A DNA stretch of 64,000 bases. Source: Alphaproteobacteria bacterium. Lineage in GTDB: Bacteria > Pseudomonadota > Alphaproteobacteria > UBA828. Made by a program: the position numbers and the translations under genes. Positions 51,622 to 61,968 of this stretch are shown piece after piece; position 1 is the first letter of the stretch, and each line of letters starts with the position of its first letter. Below the pieces are notes generated by a model that saw only the letters and a list, made by a program, of their open reading frames with translations, was not told the origin of the DNA and searched no databases. The stretch is from the NCBI GenBank assembly GCA_965214705.1, contig CBDCCI010000002.1, positions 384,001 to 448,000 on the forward strand. Reading direction: 5' to 3'.

Positions 51622-52400
51622 CAGAGCGCGCCAACCCTCAAGACTCGTTTTTCGTCCGCCCGCCATGTGGCGTGAGGTGATCACCAAGCTGACCATTTCA
51701 TTCTCGATGTGGCAGTGTGCCGATCATGGCGACGCTGCCGGGCCTGGGTTCATCCATTGATCTGCGCGCGGTCACGGTGCGCCCGACTTGGCGCGCGCGG
51801 GAGCACCGGCGCTGGGACGAGCTGGTGGCCGAGCACCACTACCTGCGGTTCCACGGTGTCGTCGGCAAGGGGCTGCGCCATGTCGCGGTACATGGGTATC
51901 CCGTCCATCTAGCGGAGACCTTCGTGGATGTCTTGCGCTTTGCCGGCACATGCTATCGCGCGTCGAACCGGCGCTCGCTGGGGCTGACGCGCGGCTTCCG
52001 AGACGAAAACCGCTGCCGGGCCTACGTGCGCCACCTGCCGCGTGATCTCTGCTGCCGGACCAACGCGGCCATCGCCATCGTGCGCTGCGACGGGCGCTTC
52101 CGCTTCCTGCCCGAGGCCAACCGCCACTATGCCGCCCGCGCCCATGAGGCCCTCGACGCGATCCTGATCGCGCCCGCCGCACGATCCCGTCGGCGTAACC
52201 GCGCAGCACAGTGCACCAGGACGCGCCGTCGAGTGGCGCGGCGGGATAGCCATGCCCGACGAGCCCGAAACAGGCATCCTGCCGCTCAGGGCCGAACCCA
52301 TGTAGCCGTCCAGCCAAACACCGGCAGGGCCCAGATTAGCCCGAGCCTGTCCGCTTCCGTCATCCCGATCCCTCAGCCGCGATTAAGAGATGTTCCTGTG
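51622..52400 (+). mobile_element. Internally deleted DUF4338-ISAs1 derivative (ends approximate)
   Basis: EHHYL...ETFVD...GLTRGF joined directly to the ISAs1 tail RDENRCR. Confidence 0.65.
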
Positions 52401-52526
52401 CGGGTGGTGACGTGTCAACCGTTGCTTTGCGATTCCATCGATAAAGGTTGAACAGGCCTTGAATCAACGCTTTGGGGCGACCGGACAATCCGATGCCGGA
52501 ACTGCCGGCTAACAAAATGCCATTGC

Positions 52527-53403
52527 TCAGGGGCCGGGCTCGCCCGCGAGCTTCATCAGGAAATCGCCGTAGATACTCTTGCCCCGGGCGGCGTCCCAAT
52601 TCGGCCAGCGCCGCGCGGTCGATCCAGCCGTTCAGGAAGGCGATCTCTTCCGGTACGGCGATGCGCTGGTTCTGGCGCTTCTCGATGATCTGCACGAACG
52701 CGGCTGCCTCCACTAGGCTGTCGTGCGTCCCGATGTCGAACCAAGTGTATCCCCGGCCCAACTGCTCGACCTGGAGGTCGCCGCGATCGAGATAGCGCCG
52801 GTTGACGTCGCTGATCTCAAGCTCGCCGCGGGCGCTCGGCCTGACCTCTTCGGCGATGCGGACGACGTCATTGTCGTAGAAGTAGAGCCCCGTCACCGCC
52901 CAGCGAGAGCGCGGCCGCTCAGGCTTCTCCTCAATGGACTTGGCGCGGCCCGCCTCATCGAAGGCGACGACGCCGTAGCGCTCGGGATCGTGAACCCGGT
53001 AGCCGAATACAGTGGCGCCCTTCTCGCGGGCGGCGGCGCGGCGCAGCTTCTCGCTCAGCCCGTGCCCATAAAAGATGTTGTCGCCGAGCGCAAGGGCGCA
53101 GGCATCGTTCCCTATAAAATCCTTGCCGATGAGAAAGGCCTGGGCGATCCCGTCGGGGCTCGGCTGCACCGCATGGCGAAGCGCGAGGCCCCACTCGCTG
53201 CCGTCGCCCAGCAGCTGCCGGAAGCTGGGGCTGTCCTGGGGCGTGGCGATCACCAGGATGTCCCGGATCCCGGCCAGCATCAGCGTGCTGAGAGGATAAT
53301 AGATCATGGGTTTGTCGTAGACGGGCAGGAGTTGCTTGCTGCTGACGCTCGTGACCGGGTGGAGCCGCGTGCCCGCTCCGCCTGCGAGAACGATGCCTTT
53401 CAT
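52527..53403 (-). CDS. rfbA: Glucose-1-phosphate thymidylyltransferase, frameshifted near the C-terminus
   Basis: [32 protein letters not shown]; tail GKSIYGDFL is in another frame (about 52585). Confidence 0.88.
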
Positions 53404-53463
53404 CCTGTTCTCATCCGCCGTGATCCCGGGTTCGTCCATCCCACGAGGTTTCGCGCCGCGCTC

Positions 53464-54360
53464 TCAGGCTCCCGCCGGGCCGACGCCATCCCTGGCGCAC
53501 ATGTAGCGCTCCAGCGCGTCATGCCACGCCGGCAGGGGGCCGAACGCTGCCGCGACCCTGGAATTGTCAAGCACACTATAGCACGGGCGCGCCGCACGCA
53601 CCGGGTATTCTCCGGTCGCGCACGGGATGACATCCGCCGGGATGGCCGCGCGGGACACGATCGCGCGCGCGAATTCGAACCAGGTCGCTGATCCGCCGTT
53701 GACCGCGTGGTAGATCCCGGGCGCGCAGCCGCCGGTCAGCATCCGCACGACGACGCGGGCCACGTCCACAGTCGCGGTCGGGGACATGGTCTGGTCATCG
53801 ACGACCCGGAGGGCCCCTTTCTTCCGCCCGGCGCGAATCATCGTCTCCACGAAGTTTCCGCACTTGCCGCCGGCACCCGCCGCCCCGAACAGGGAGGCCG
53901 TACGCAGGATGAAGGCGTCGTCGCAGGCGAGGCGGGCGAGCGCCTCCCCCATCGCCTTGGAGGCGCCGTAGACGTTGACCGGTGCGATCGGGTCGTCCTC
54001 CCGGAGCGGCCGTTGCTGCGACGGGTTCCCGCCGAACACGTAGTCCGTGCTCACGTGAAGAAGGCGGGCCCGCTTGTCTGCGCAGATGCGTGCGATCGAC
54101 TGCACGGCGTGCGCGTTGACCGCGAACGCAGCCGTTGCGTCGTCCTCGGCCCGGTCCACGTGCGTGTAGGCCGCGCAATTGACCAGTCCGTCGAACTGCA
54201 GGCCGCCAAGCACGCGCTCGACCGACCCGGCGTCCGCCACGTCCAGCGCCGCGCGTGGGAGCGGTACGAGGTCGAACGCGTCTTTCGCCGCCGCATGCGC
54301 GCGGCGGATGTCGTGCCCGAGCTGGCCGTCAGGGCCAAGCAGCAGCACCTTCAGGGGCAT
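53464..54360 (-). CDS. rfbD: dTDP-4-dehydrorhamnose reductase
   Basis: GPDGQLG, NCAAYTHVD, STDYVF, YGASK, VVDDQ. Confidence 0.92.
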   Translation of the reverse strand: MPLKVLLLGPDGQLGHDIRRAHAAAKDAFDLVPLPRAALDVADAGSVERVLGGLQFDGLVNCAAYTHVDRAEDDATAAFAVNAHAVQSIARICADKRARLLHVSTDYVFGGNPSQQRPLREDDPIAPVNVYGASKAMGEALARLACDDAFILRTASLFGAAGAGGKCGNFVETMIRAGRKKGALRVVDDQTMSPTATVDVARVVVRMLTGGCAPGIYHAVNGGSATWFEFARAIVSRAAIPADVIPCATGEYPVRAARPCYSVLDNSRVAAAFGPLPAWHDALERYMCARDGVGPAGA

Positions 54361-54368
54361 CGGGCCAC

Positions 54369-55430
54369 CTAGCCTCGGTGCAGGCCCTGGCGCCGGCCGT
54401 CCTCGAAGCCGTCTTCTCGGATCGCCTGCCACCACCAGCGGTTCTCGAGATACCAGCGCACCGTGCGCCCCAGGCCCTCGTGCAGATCGACGGACGGTTG
54501 CCATCCGAGTTCCCAGCGCACGCGGCTGGAATTGATCGCGTAGCGGCGGTCGTGCCCCGGGCGATCGGTGACGAACTCGATGAGATCCGCGTGCGGGCGG
54601 TGGGGGCTGTCGGGGACCAGCTCGTCCATCCAGCCGCAGAGCGCCCGCACCATGTCGATGTTGGCGATCTCCGCATCAGCGCCAACGTTGTAGACCTCGC
54701 CCGGTGTTCCCGCGTCCGCGATGAGCTCCAGGGCGCGGGCATGGTCTTCTACGAAGAGCCAGTCACGCACGTTGCCGCCGTCGCCGTAGACGGGGATGGG
54801 CCGGCCCTCCAGAGCCGCCAGGATGACGACGGGAACCAGCTTCTCCGGCATCTGGTAGGGGCCATAGTTGTTGGAGCAGTGGCTGACGAGGACTGGCAGG
54901 CCGAAGGTGCGGTGCCACGCGCGCGCGAAATGGTCGGAGGCCGCCTTGCTCGCCGAGTAGGGCGAGTTGGGCCGGTACGGTGTGGTATCGGTGAAGACGC
55001 CCTCGGCGCCAAGCGAGCCGTAGACTTCATCGGTGGAGACGTGGAGAAAGCGAAAGCGCGCCTGCTTCGCGCCCTCCAGGCCTTTTCAGTACTCGGTTGC
55101 GGCCTGGAGCAGCGTGACCGTTCCCCGCACGTTGGTGGTGACGAAGTCCATGGGGCTGTTGATGGAGCGATCCACGTGGGATTCCGCGGCAAGGTGAAGC
55201 ACCGCATCCGGCCGGGTCTCGGCGAAGATCCGCCGCACGGCGTCGCCGTCGCGGATGTCGGCCTGCTCGAAGCGGTGGTTTGGCGCATCGAGAGCCGGCC
55301 CGAGGGACTGAACGTGCCCAGCGTAGGTCAGCATGTCCAGGGTCGTGATGCTTTTGCCGAGCGTCACCAGCCGCCGCGCAACGCAGGAACCGATGAAGCC
55401 CGCCCCGCCGGTCAGCAGTATCCGTTCCAC
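54369..55430 (-). pseudogene. rfbB: dTDP-glucose 4,6-dehydratase, frameshift near 55085
   Basis: TGGAGFIG, HLAAESHVDRS in one frame; PEKL, VRDWLFVEDH, DRPGHDRRY in another. Confidence 0.88.
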
Positions 55431-55917
55431 GAGTCCCTCATTCTCCGCGAGCCCGACATTGCGGGATGTCGATGCGGCGTACTCCTGAGGTGGCCCCGGT
55501 TTGCCGGACAGTCTGGCGGCTGGGTTAAGGTGTGGTCCTGAAATCGACATTACGGGAGTGCGTCAGGTAGTGGAGTGGGTCGCTTTCTCTCCTGCATATG
55601 TGTTACATTACAGGTGATTGGGCCGTTTCACAAGAGTATTGTGGCGGTTTTTGTCTGATATAAAATTTTGCGCCTCGAACCGATCAGTTGCAATCAGGGA
55701 AGTGATAGCGTATGTCTGGCGTGGCGAGGCTGTCATCCGGGAGAAACACGCGGTGGATATGCGTGTATGCAGAGAGGGTAAGGCGGTTGAATGACTGCGG
55801 CGTATCGAGATGGGAAAGTCGTAACCTCATTCTATGTATCATTGTAGGTGATAATGGCAAGAACGAGGGTGTGATTGGGGGCATCGGGCCGTGTTGCCGT
55901 GTCACCAGGGCGCCCTC

Positions 55918-56040
55918 ATGAGCCGCTGGCCGGCGGAGCGCCGCACACAGCACGCGGTGATGGCGACGGCAAGCGAATGGGCGCGCATTCGCGAACTCGC
56001 TGCCGACGCGGGCATGGATATCTCGCGCTACCTCGTGCAC
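55918..56040 (+). pseudogene. RHH mobilisation accessory protein fragment
   Basis: VMATASEWARIRELAADAGMDISRYLVH, homologous to 36467-36600. Confidence 0.55.
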
Positions 56041-56990
56041 AAGTATGAGGCAGAGGCGCCGCTGATCTGCGGCATTGACGTGGCGCTTCGCCGGGGCCTC
56101 TCCCTCGACACGGTCGAGCGGACGGCACTCGAAGCCGCCTGCATGGCCTGGCGGCGTGCGCCGGAGAGCGAGCCCGACGGACAGATCGACACGACATCGG
56201 CCCCGCCCTTGAAGCGGTGGTATTCAGGGGCGTCGAGGATGTGGAGCGGCACTTCCGCGCGACCATCGAGCCTCAGCTCGCATGCAACCGGGACCTTGTC
56301 GAGGATCTGGAATCCCTTGCCGCAGAATACGGGTTCGGCTCCAACGGACTGGTCGGCCGCCTCTCGATCGAGTGGCTGCGCTCCTACCCCGAGCTGAACG
56401 GTCACGCGCTGACGGAACTGATGACCTGCGCGCTCGAGAACGCCCCGCGCGACGCGGTGCGCGAGCTGATCGTCGATTGCCGCGACAGGGTGCATCCGGA
56501 CGAGCGCGCGAAGCTCGTTTGGCTGTCGGTGGCCTGCGTCATGGACCCCGCAAGCTACAGGCAGGCGCTCCTCGAGGCGGCGGACAACAGTCCCGACTTC
56601 ACCGAGTTCGTCCGGGAGCAGGTCGGGCGCATGTTCCGCTTCGCCGAAACGCCGCTCGATTCCCTCCTGTTCGTCGTGGAGGCATTCGGCGCGCGCTGGC
56701 CGAGGATGATGGAACGGCCCGGAAGCGGGCGTGGGGGCCGAGGCTGGAACGATCCCCGGGACGCGAGCGCGTTCATCGAAAGCACCATCCACGCCATCGC
56801 AAACCGGCCCGAGCCGGAGGCGGGCGAGGCGTTGCAGGTCGCGATCGCGAGCCATGCGCCGAGCTATGCCGATACGGCGAAACAGGCGCTTGCGTTCCAG
56901 CACTGGGCCAGGCGGGAATTCGAGTACGAGATCCCCACCGTCGACGGGTTCCGTGCATTCCTGGGGAAGGCGCCGGACGGGTCGCACTAA
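56041..56990 (+). pseudogene. Fragment of a large hypothetical (possibly NACHT-associated) protein
   Basis: ORF 56217-56990 with coding-like helical composition, GWNDPRDASAFI; no proper start. Confidence 0.4.
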
Positions 56991-57105
56991 CTGGCCGACC
57001 CCGAATTCGAGTCGGACGGTGACGCCATGTGAGCGCGTGACGAGCTTCGATGCCGTTGCACTTTTCGCGTATGCTTCCACGGATGCCGATGGGACCAGGG
57101 CGGTA

Positions 57106-57258
57106 GTGACCGCTGATGACGTCATGACGGTAAGCGAAGCGGTGGACTATCTGAAGGTCGTTGACCGCACGATCTACAGGCTGGTCGCCAACGGAGACAT
57201 GCCGGGTTTCAACGTCGGCGGCTCGTGGCGGTTCAGAAAATTCGAGATCGACCGGTAG
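57106..57258 (+). CDS. Excisionase-type helix-turn-helix protein
   Basis: MTVSEAVDYLKVVDRTIYRL...PGFNVGGSWRF. Confidence 0.75.
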   Translation: MTADDVMTVSEAVDYLKVVDRTIYRLVANGDMPGFNVGGSWRFRKFEIDR

Positions 57259-57314
57259 ACAAACGCGAACGGGGTTGGCCCGAGTGAGGAAAGCAAGCGG
57301 ATGACGGGCGAGCG

Positions 57315-60300
57315 ATGACGGTCCCGACGATATTCGATTCCTGCCGCCCGCGCCCGGACGTTTTGGCAGGCGCGGTGGCGGAGGCCGATTTTGCGGCAGA
57401 TCTGGCGCAGGTGATTGTTGGCAAAGGGAGGGACGACTATGTCGATCCGGCATGTTTCTTCGCCAACACCTATCCGACGAGGGGCCTCAGGAACCTGCTG
57501 GCGAATGTCTGTGGCCGGCTGAGCGGCGCGGGCGGTGAAGCCGCATCGATTTTCCGCCTCGACACGTCTTATGGCGGGGGCAAGTCGCACGGCTTGATCG
57601 CGTTGTGCCACGCCGCGCGCAGCGGCGTCGATGTGCCGGGGATCGCGGAGTTTGTGGATCCCGCGCTGCTGCCGAGGGGTCGCGTTCGCATCGCCGCTTT
57701 CGATGGCGAGAACGCGGATCCGGCAAACGGCCGCCGGATGGACGGAGGGCATCTCGCGTTCACTCCTTGGGGCGAAATTGCCTCCGCGCTGGGTGGCAAG
57801 GACGGCTACGAGCGAATACGCACGAGCGACGAGACCCGGGTCGCTCCAGGCGCCGAGACGATACGGGAGCTCTTCGGAGGGGAACCGACGCTCATCCTGC
57901 TCGACGAGCTATCCGTCTATCTGCGCAAGGTCAGCAGCCTCGGGAACGCCGGCGATCAGCTGACAGCGTTTCTGACATCGCTGTTCAAGGCCGTTGAGAA
58001 CACGTCCAACGCGGTCCTCGTCTACACGCTGGCGATCGGCAAGGACGGGCGGGCGACCGACGCCTATCGGGACGAAAACCAGGTCATCGCAGACGGTATG
58101 GCGGAGGCGGAGAGCGTGTCGGCGCGCAAGGCGACGCTGCTCAACCCGACCGAAGAGGACGAGACGGTTCAGGTCCTTCGACGCCGCCTGTTCGAATCCA
58201 TCGACGAAACGGCGGCGGGCGCCGCCGCGGAAGCCTACCGGGTGCAGTGGGACGCCCACAGGGCCGCGTTGCCGGAAACCGCGACGCGGCCTGAGACCGG
58301 CGAGGCGTTCCGTTCCGGTTATCCCCTGCACCCCGAAGTGCTGGAGACCCTGACGTCCAAGACGGCGACGCTGGGCAATTTCCAGCGAGTGCGGGGCATG
58401 CTGCGGCTCCTGGCGCGCACGGTGGCGCATCTGTGGGAGGAGCGGCCTGCCGACGCGACGGCAATTCACCTGCACCACATGGATCCGGGACACGAGCCCA
58501 TCCGGCAGGAGATCGTGACGCGCCTGGAACAGTCCGCGTTTGCGCCGACGATTTCCAACGATGTGTCTGCCGGACCGGAAAGCAAGGCGGCGTTGGCTCA
58601 GGAGATTGATGCCGCGCATCACGGAGGCCTGCCGCCCTACGCCTCCTATGTCGCCCGCACCATCTTCATGCACACGCTCGCCTTCAACGACCCCTTGAAG
58701 GGAGTCTCGCCGGAGCGGCTTCGCTATTCGGTGCTGGGGCCGGAGACGGACATCAGCTTTGTGGAGGAGGCGCGCAGGAAGTTCCTCGCCGATTCCGCTT
58801 ATCTCGACGACCGGCCCGGGACGCCGATGCGCTTTCTGGCGGAAGCCAACCTGACTCAGATCATCCGCCGCACGGAAGACCATGTCGACGCCGGTGACGC
58901 GCGCGCGGAGTTGAACGACCGCATCCGCGAGATATTCGACGGCAAGACGCTCGACGCGGTGCCGTTTCCCGGCGGCCCGTTCGATGTGGCCGACGAAGTT
59001 GCGGACGGCCGCCCGATGCTGGTTGTGCTCGGATTTGAGGCCGTGACCATCGGGACGTCCGTCGAAGCCGTGCCGGGATTGATCGAACGCATCTTCGAGA
59101 GGAAGGGATCGGAAGGATCGGCGCTGCGCGTGCTCCGCAATAATCTGGTTTTCGTGGCCGCCGACGAGGCACGCAAGGAAGACATGCGCCGCAAGGCGTA
59201 TCGCCGGCTTGCGTTGCGGGAGATGAAGAAGCCGGAACGTCTTGTTGAGTTGGCGGAGCACCAACAGGCCAATGTGCGCGAGATGGAGCAGCGATCCGAG
59301 CAGGAACTCGCCCTCGCCATCCAACAGTGCTACCGGCACGTGTTCTATCCGTCCCGAAACCGTGTCGGCGGGAGCGATGCCGATCTGGCCCATACGGCGA
59401 TCGACACCCACTCCGCATCCGATCGGCCGGGCGCCGGGCAACGACAGGTCGTGCGGACACTGCGCGACTTGAACAAGCTGCGCCTGTCCGAGGACGAGCC
59501 GGATTCGCCCGCCTATGTGCGTGACCGGACGCCGCTCAGGAAGGGGCAGATTTCGACCCTGTCGCTGCGGGACGAGTTCCGCCGCGATCCGGCGCTGCCG
59601 ATCCTGGTTGGTGACGACATCTTCATTCGCGGCGTGAGGCGGGGCATTGAGCAGGGCGAGTACGTGTACCGGCGCGGAGACCTGCTGTTCGGACCGGACG
59701 ATCCGGCGGCGGGGATCGAGATCGACGAGCAGTCGATGATTTTCACGATGGCCTACGCGAAGAATGTCGGCGTCTGGCCACGGAAGCCCGCCGAGCCTCC
59801 GGAACCGCAGCCGACCGTCCCTGTACAGGGCGGCACAACCGAACCGGCGGGCGGTGGATCGGTTCCACCTCCAGGTCCGCCGCACGGCGAGGGGGCCGAA
59901 CCAGGTTCGTTCACTGCCGAGGGGGTTCTCAGGGAAGCGCTCGTGCGGCTCTGGGAACAGGCCCGCGCGAAGAAAGTGGAAGCCATCGGCTCGCTGACCA
60001 TCCGGCTGTTCGAGGCCGGTGACGCATTCCGGCTTCTCGGTGCCATCGGCGCCGTGTCGGGCGCGGACAGGATCGTCACCTTCGAGGGCGGCTACGAGAC
60101 GCGCGACGGCGGAACGTTCGAACTGGAGTTCCGGGGGCCGGTGCCCGATGCGCAACCGGTCCGGGAATTCCTCGAGCCGCAGCTTCGCGATGCCAGTTCA
60201 ACAGACCTCAGGGCCGGGTTCGAGTTGACCTTCGAAGACGGCCTGCCGATGAATGGCGACGCTGCGGAGAGGCTGACCGAACGGCTGAGCCGGTTCTCGA

Positions 60301-60344
60301 GTGGGGCCGCGTATGTTTCGGCGACAGCGGAGGCCAAGGCGTAG
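57315..60344 (+). CDS. DUF499 family ATPase (restriction-like defence system)
   Basis: FFANTYPT, TSYGGGKSH, LILLDEL, VLRRRLF, YPLHPE, FQRVRGMLRLL. Confidence 0.85.
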   Translation: MTVPTIFDSCRPRPDVLAGAVAEADFAADLAQVIVGKGRDDYVDPACFFANTYPTRGLRNLLANVCGRLSGAGGEAASIFRLDTSYGGGKSHGLIALCHAARSGVDVPGIAEFVDPALLPRGRVRIAAFDGENADPANGRRMDGGHLAFTPWGEIASALGGKDGYERIRTSDETRVAPGAETIRELFGGEPTLILLDELSVYLRKVSSLGNAGDQLTAFLTSLFKAVENTSNAVLVYTLAIGKDGRATDAYRDENQVIADGMAEAESVSARKATLLNPTEEDETVQVLRRRLFESIDETAAGAAAEAYRVQWDAHRAALPETATRPETGEAFRSGYPLHPEVLETLTSKTATLGNFQRVRGMLRLLARTVAHLWEERPADATAIHLHHMDPGHEPIRQEIVTRLEQSAFAPTISNDVSAGPESKAALAQEIDAAHHGGLPPYASYVARTIFMHTLAFNDPLKGVSPERLRYSVLGPETDISFVEEARRKFLADSAYLDDRPGTPMRFLAEANLTQIIRRTEDHVDAGDARAELNDRIREIFDGKTLDAVPFPGGPFDVADEVADGRPMLVVLGFEAVTIGTSVEAVPGLIERIFERKGSEGSALRVLRNNLVFVAADEARKEDMRRKAYRRLALREMKKPERLVELAEHQQANVREMEQRSEQELALAIQQCYRHVFYPSRNRVGGSDADLAHTAIDTHSASDRPGAGQRQVVRTLRDLNKLRLSEDEPDSPAYVRDRTPLRKGQISTLSLRDEFRRDPALPILVGDDIFIRGVRRGIEQGEYVYRRGDLLFGPDDPAAGIEIDEQSMIFTMAYAKNVGVWPRKPAEPPEPQPTVPVQGGTTEPAGGGSVPPPGPPHGEGAEPGSFTAEGVLREALVRLWEQARAKKVEAIGSLTIRLFEAGDAFRLLGAIGAVSGADRIVTFEGGYETRDGGTFELEFRGPVPDAQPVREFLEPQLRDASSTDLRAGFELTFEDGLPMNGDAAERLTERLSRFSSGAAYVSATAEAKA

Positions 60345-60824
60345 GTGGCACGTCTGGAACGCATATTCGATGTCGAGACGCCGGAGTCCGCGCCGCGTTA
60401 CGAGTTGCGGGTGCGGCGTCGCGGGCCGGCGGAGGCTGGGTACGAGATATGGCAACTGCCGGCGCCCGCCTCGCCGCATGTGACCTGTGCGACGCGCGTC
60501 GCCGGGCTGCGAGGGCGCAATCTCGAACTGGTGGAGCATCTGGTGCTGAGACGGTTGTCGGAGGCCGGCGTCAAGCTCGGTAGGCGCGCCGACGCGACGA
60601 AGCGCGGCTATGCGCTGACGGAAGACCTTGCGCTGATGCTGGGGCTCCTGTTCCGTACCCTGGCGCCGATGCGCAGCCGAGATAACATGAGAGCAGTGGC
60701 CGAAGGAATTGAGGTAATGGGCCGCGAGGAGGCCGCATACTGGTTGGGAATGGCCATGCATCGCAAGCATCCCCGCCGGGTACTGACCGCGCTGAGGTGC
60801 CTGTTGACGGCGCCGAAGCGGTAG
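60345..60824 (+). CDS. Small DUF499-associated protein (DUF3780-like position)
   Basis: Abuts the DUF499 stop; LGLLFRTLAP...MGREEAAYW...ALRCLL. Confidence 0.6.
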   Translation: MARLERIFDVETPESAPRYELRVRRRGPAEAGYEIWQLPAPASPHVTCATRVAGLRGRNLELVEHLVLRRLSEAGVKLGRRADATKRGYALTEDLALMLGLLFRTLAPMRSRDNMRAVAEGIEVMGREEAAYWLGMAMHRKHPRRVLTALRCLLTAPKR

Positions 60825-60834
60825 CACGGAAGTC

Positions 60835-61968
60835 ATGCACGAGATTCAGAAAGACCAAATCAAACGAGCAGAAGCTCTTGATCAACCCATTGAGGCGGAA
60901 GAGCTCGAAGGTCTGGATCTAGAGAGCGCGTCCTGGGGCGATTATCCTCTCGATGACCTGTTGATCCGGCGCGAAAACCGGACGATCCATGACGTCATCC
61001 GCCGTATCGACCAGTCCAACTACGTCATGGACCCGGACTTCCAGCGCGATTTCATCTGGCCTGAGGACAAACAAAGCAAGCTCATCGAGTCGGTCATCAT
61101 GCGAATACCCCTGCCGGTCTTCTACATGGCAGAGGATGATCAAGGCCGCATGGTGGTCGTGGATGGCTTGCAGCGCCTCTCTACGTTCCGCCGTTTCATA
61201 ACGGATGAGCTGAGGCTGAAGCTTCCTGACAGGCAGGAACTCCATGGCCTGCGATTCTCGGATTTATCCTCCAAGATTCAGAACCGCGTCGAAGACTGTA
61301 ACCTCATTTTCTACATCATCGACTCGAAGGTACCGGAGCGCGCTCGCCTGGACATTTTCGAACGCGTGAACGGGGGAGTCCCGCTCACTAGGCAGCAAAT
61401 GCGGAATTGTCTGTTCATGGGCGACGCGACGCGATTCCTCAAGAGCGAATCGCAGACTGACATTTTTCTCGAAGCAACGGGTCGAAGTCTGAACAGAAAC
61501 ACCATGAGGGACCGGGAGTTCGTCAACCGCTTTTGCGCCTTTCAGCTTCTGGGCGTCGATGAGTATCACGGCGACATGGATGACTTCCTTGCCCGGAGTC
61601 TTCGTCGAATGAACGCAATGGAGTCTGCTCTCCTATCGGAATTGTCGGAGGAGTTCCGCCGCGGTCTCGTCAACAATTTTACGTTGTTTGAACGACATGC
61701 ATTCCGAAAACACAAGGCTGGCCAAGAAAACCGGACGGTGCTGAACGCTTCGTTCTGGGACGTCATGTCCACCGGGTTGTCACGGTACGAGGAACGGCGC
61801 GTCTCGGCATGTGCGGAGACCCTTCGGCAATGCGTCTATTGTCTTCTGGACGACGAGGAATTCAATACTGCCATCACCTACGGCCCAAACGACGCCAGGA
61901 AGGTTAAAACGCGGTTCAACATGGCGCGACAAGCACTGCGGGAGGCTCTTGGTGATCTCACGGATTGA
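60835..61968 (+). CDS. DUF262 (ParB-like) protein, Menshen NsnA-like
   Basis: PDFQRDFIW, LIES...IPLP, VDGLQRL, IFERVNGG. Confidence 0.85.
   Translation: MHEIQKDQIKRAEALDQPIEAEELEGLDLESASWGDYPLDDLLIRRENRTIHDVIRRIDQSNYVMDPDFQRDFIWPEDKQSKLIESVIMRIPLPVFYMAEDDQGRMVVVDGLQRLSTFRRFITDELRLKLPDRQELHGLRFSDLSSKIQNRVEDCNLIFYIIDSKVPERARLDIFERVNGGVPLTRQQMRNCLFMGDATRFLKSESQTDIFLEATGRSLNRNTMRDREFVNRFCAFQLLGVDEYHGDMDDFLARSLRRMNAMESALLSELSEEFRRGLVNNFTLFERHAFRKHKAGQENRTVLNASFWDVMSTGLSRYEERRVSACAETLRQCVYCLLDDEEFNTAITYGPNDARKVKTRFNMARQALREALGDLTD

Noticed and set aside
57099-57110. ops-like GGCGGTAG before the defence operon
   Set aside because: Only 8 bp, lacks the 3' consensus, expected by chance at this GC content
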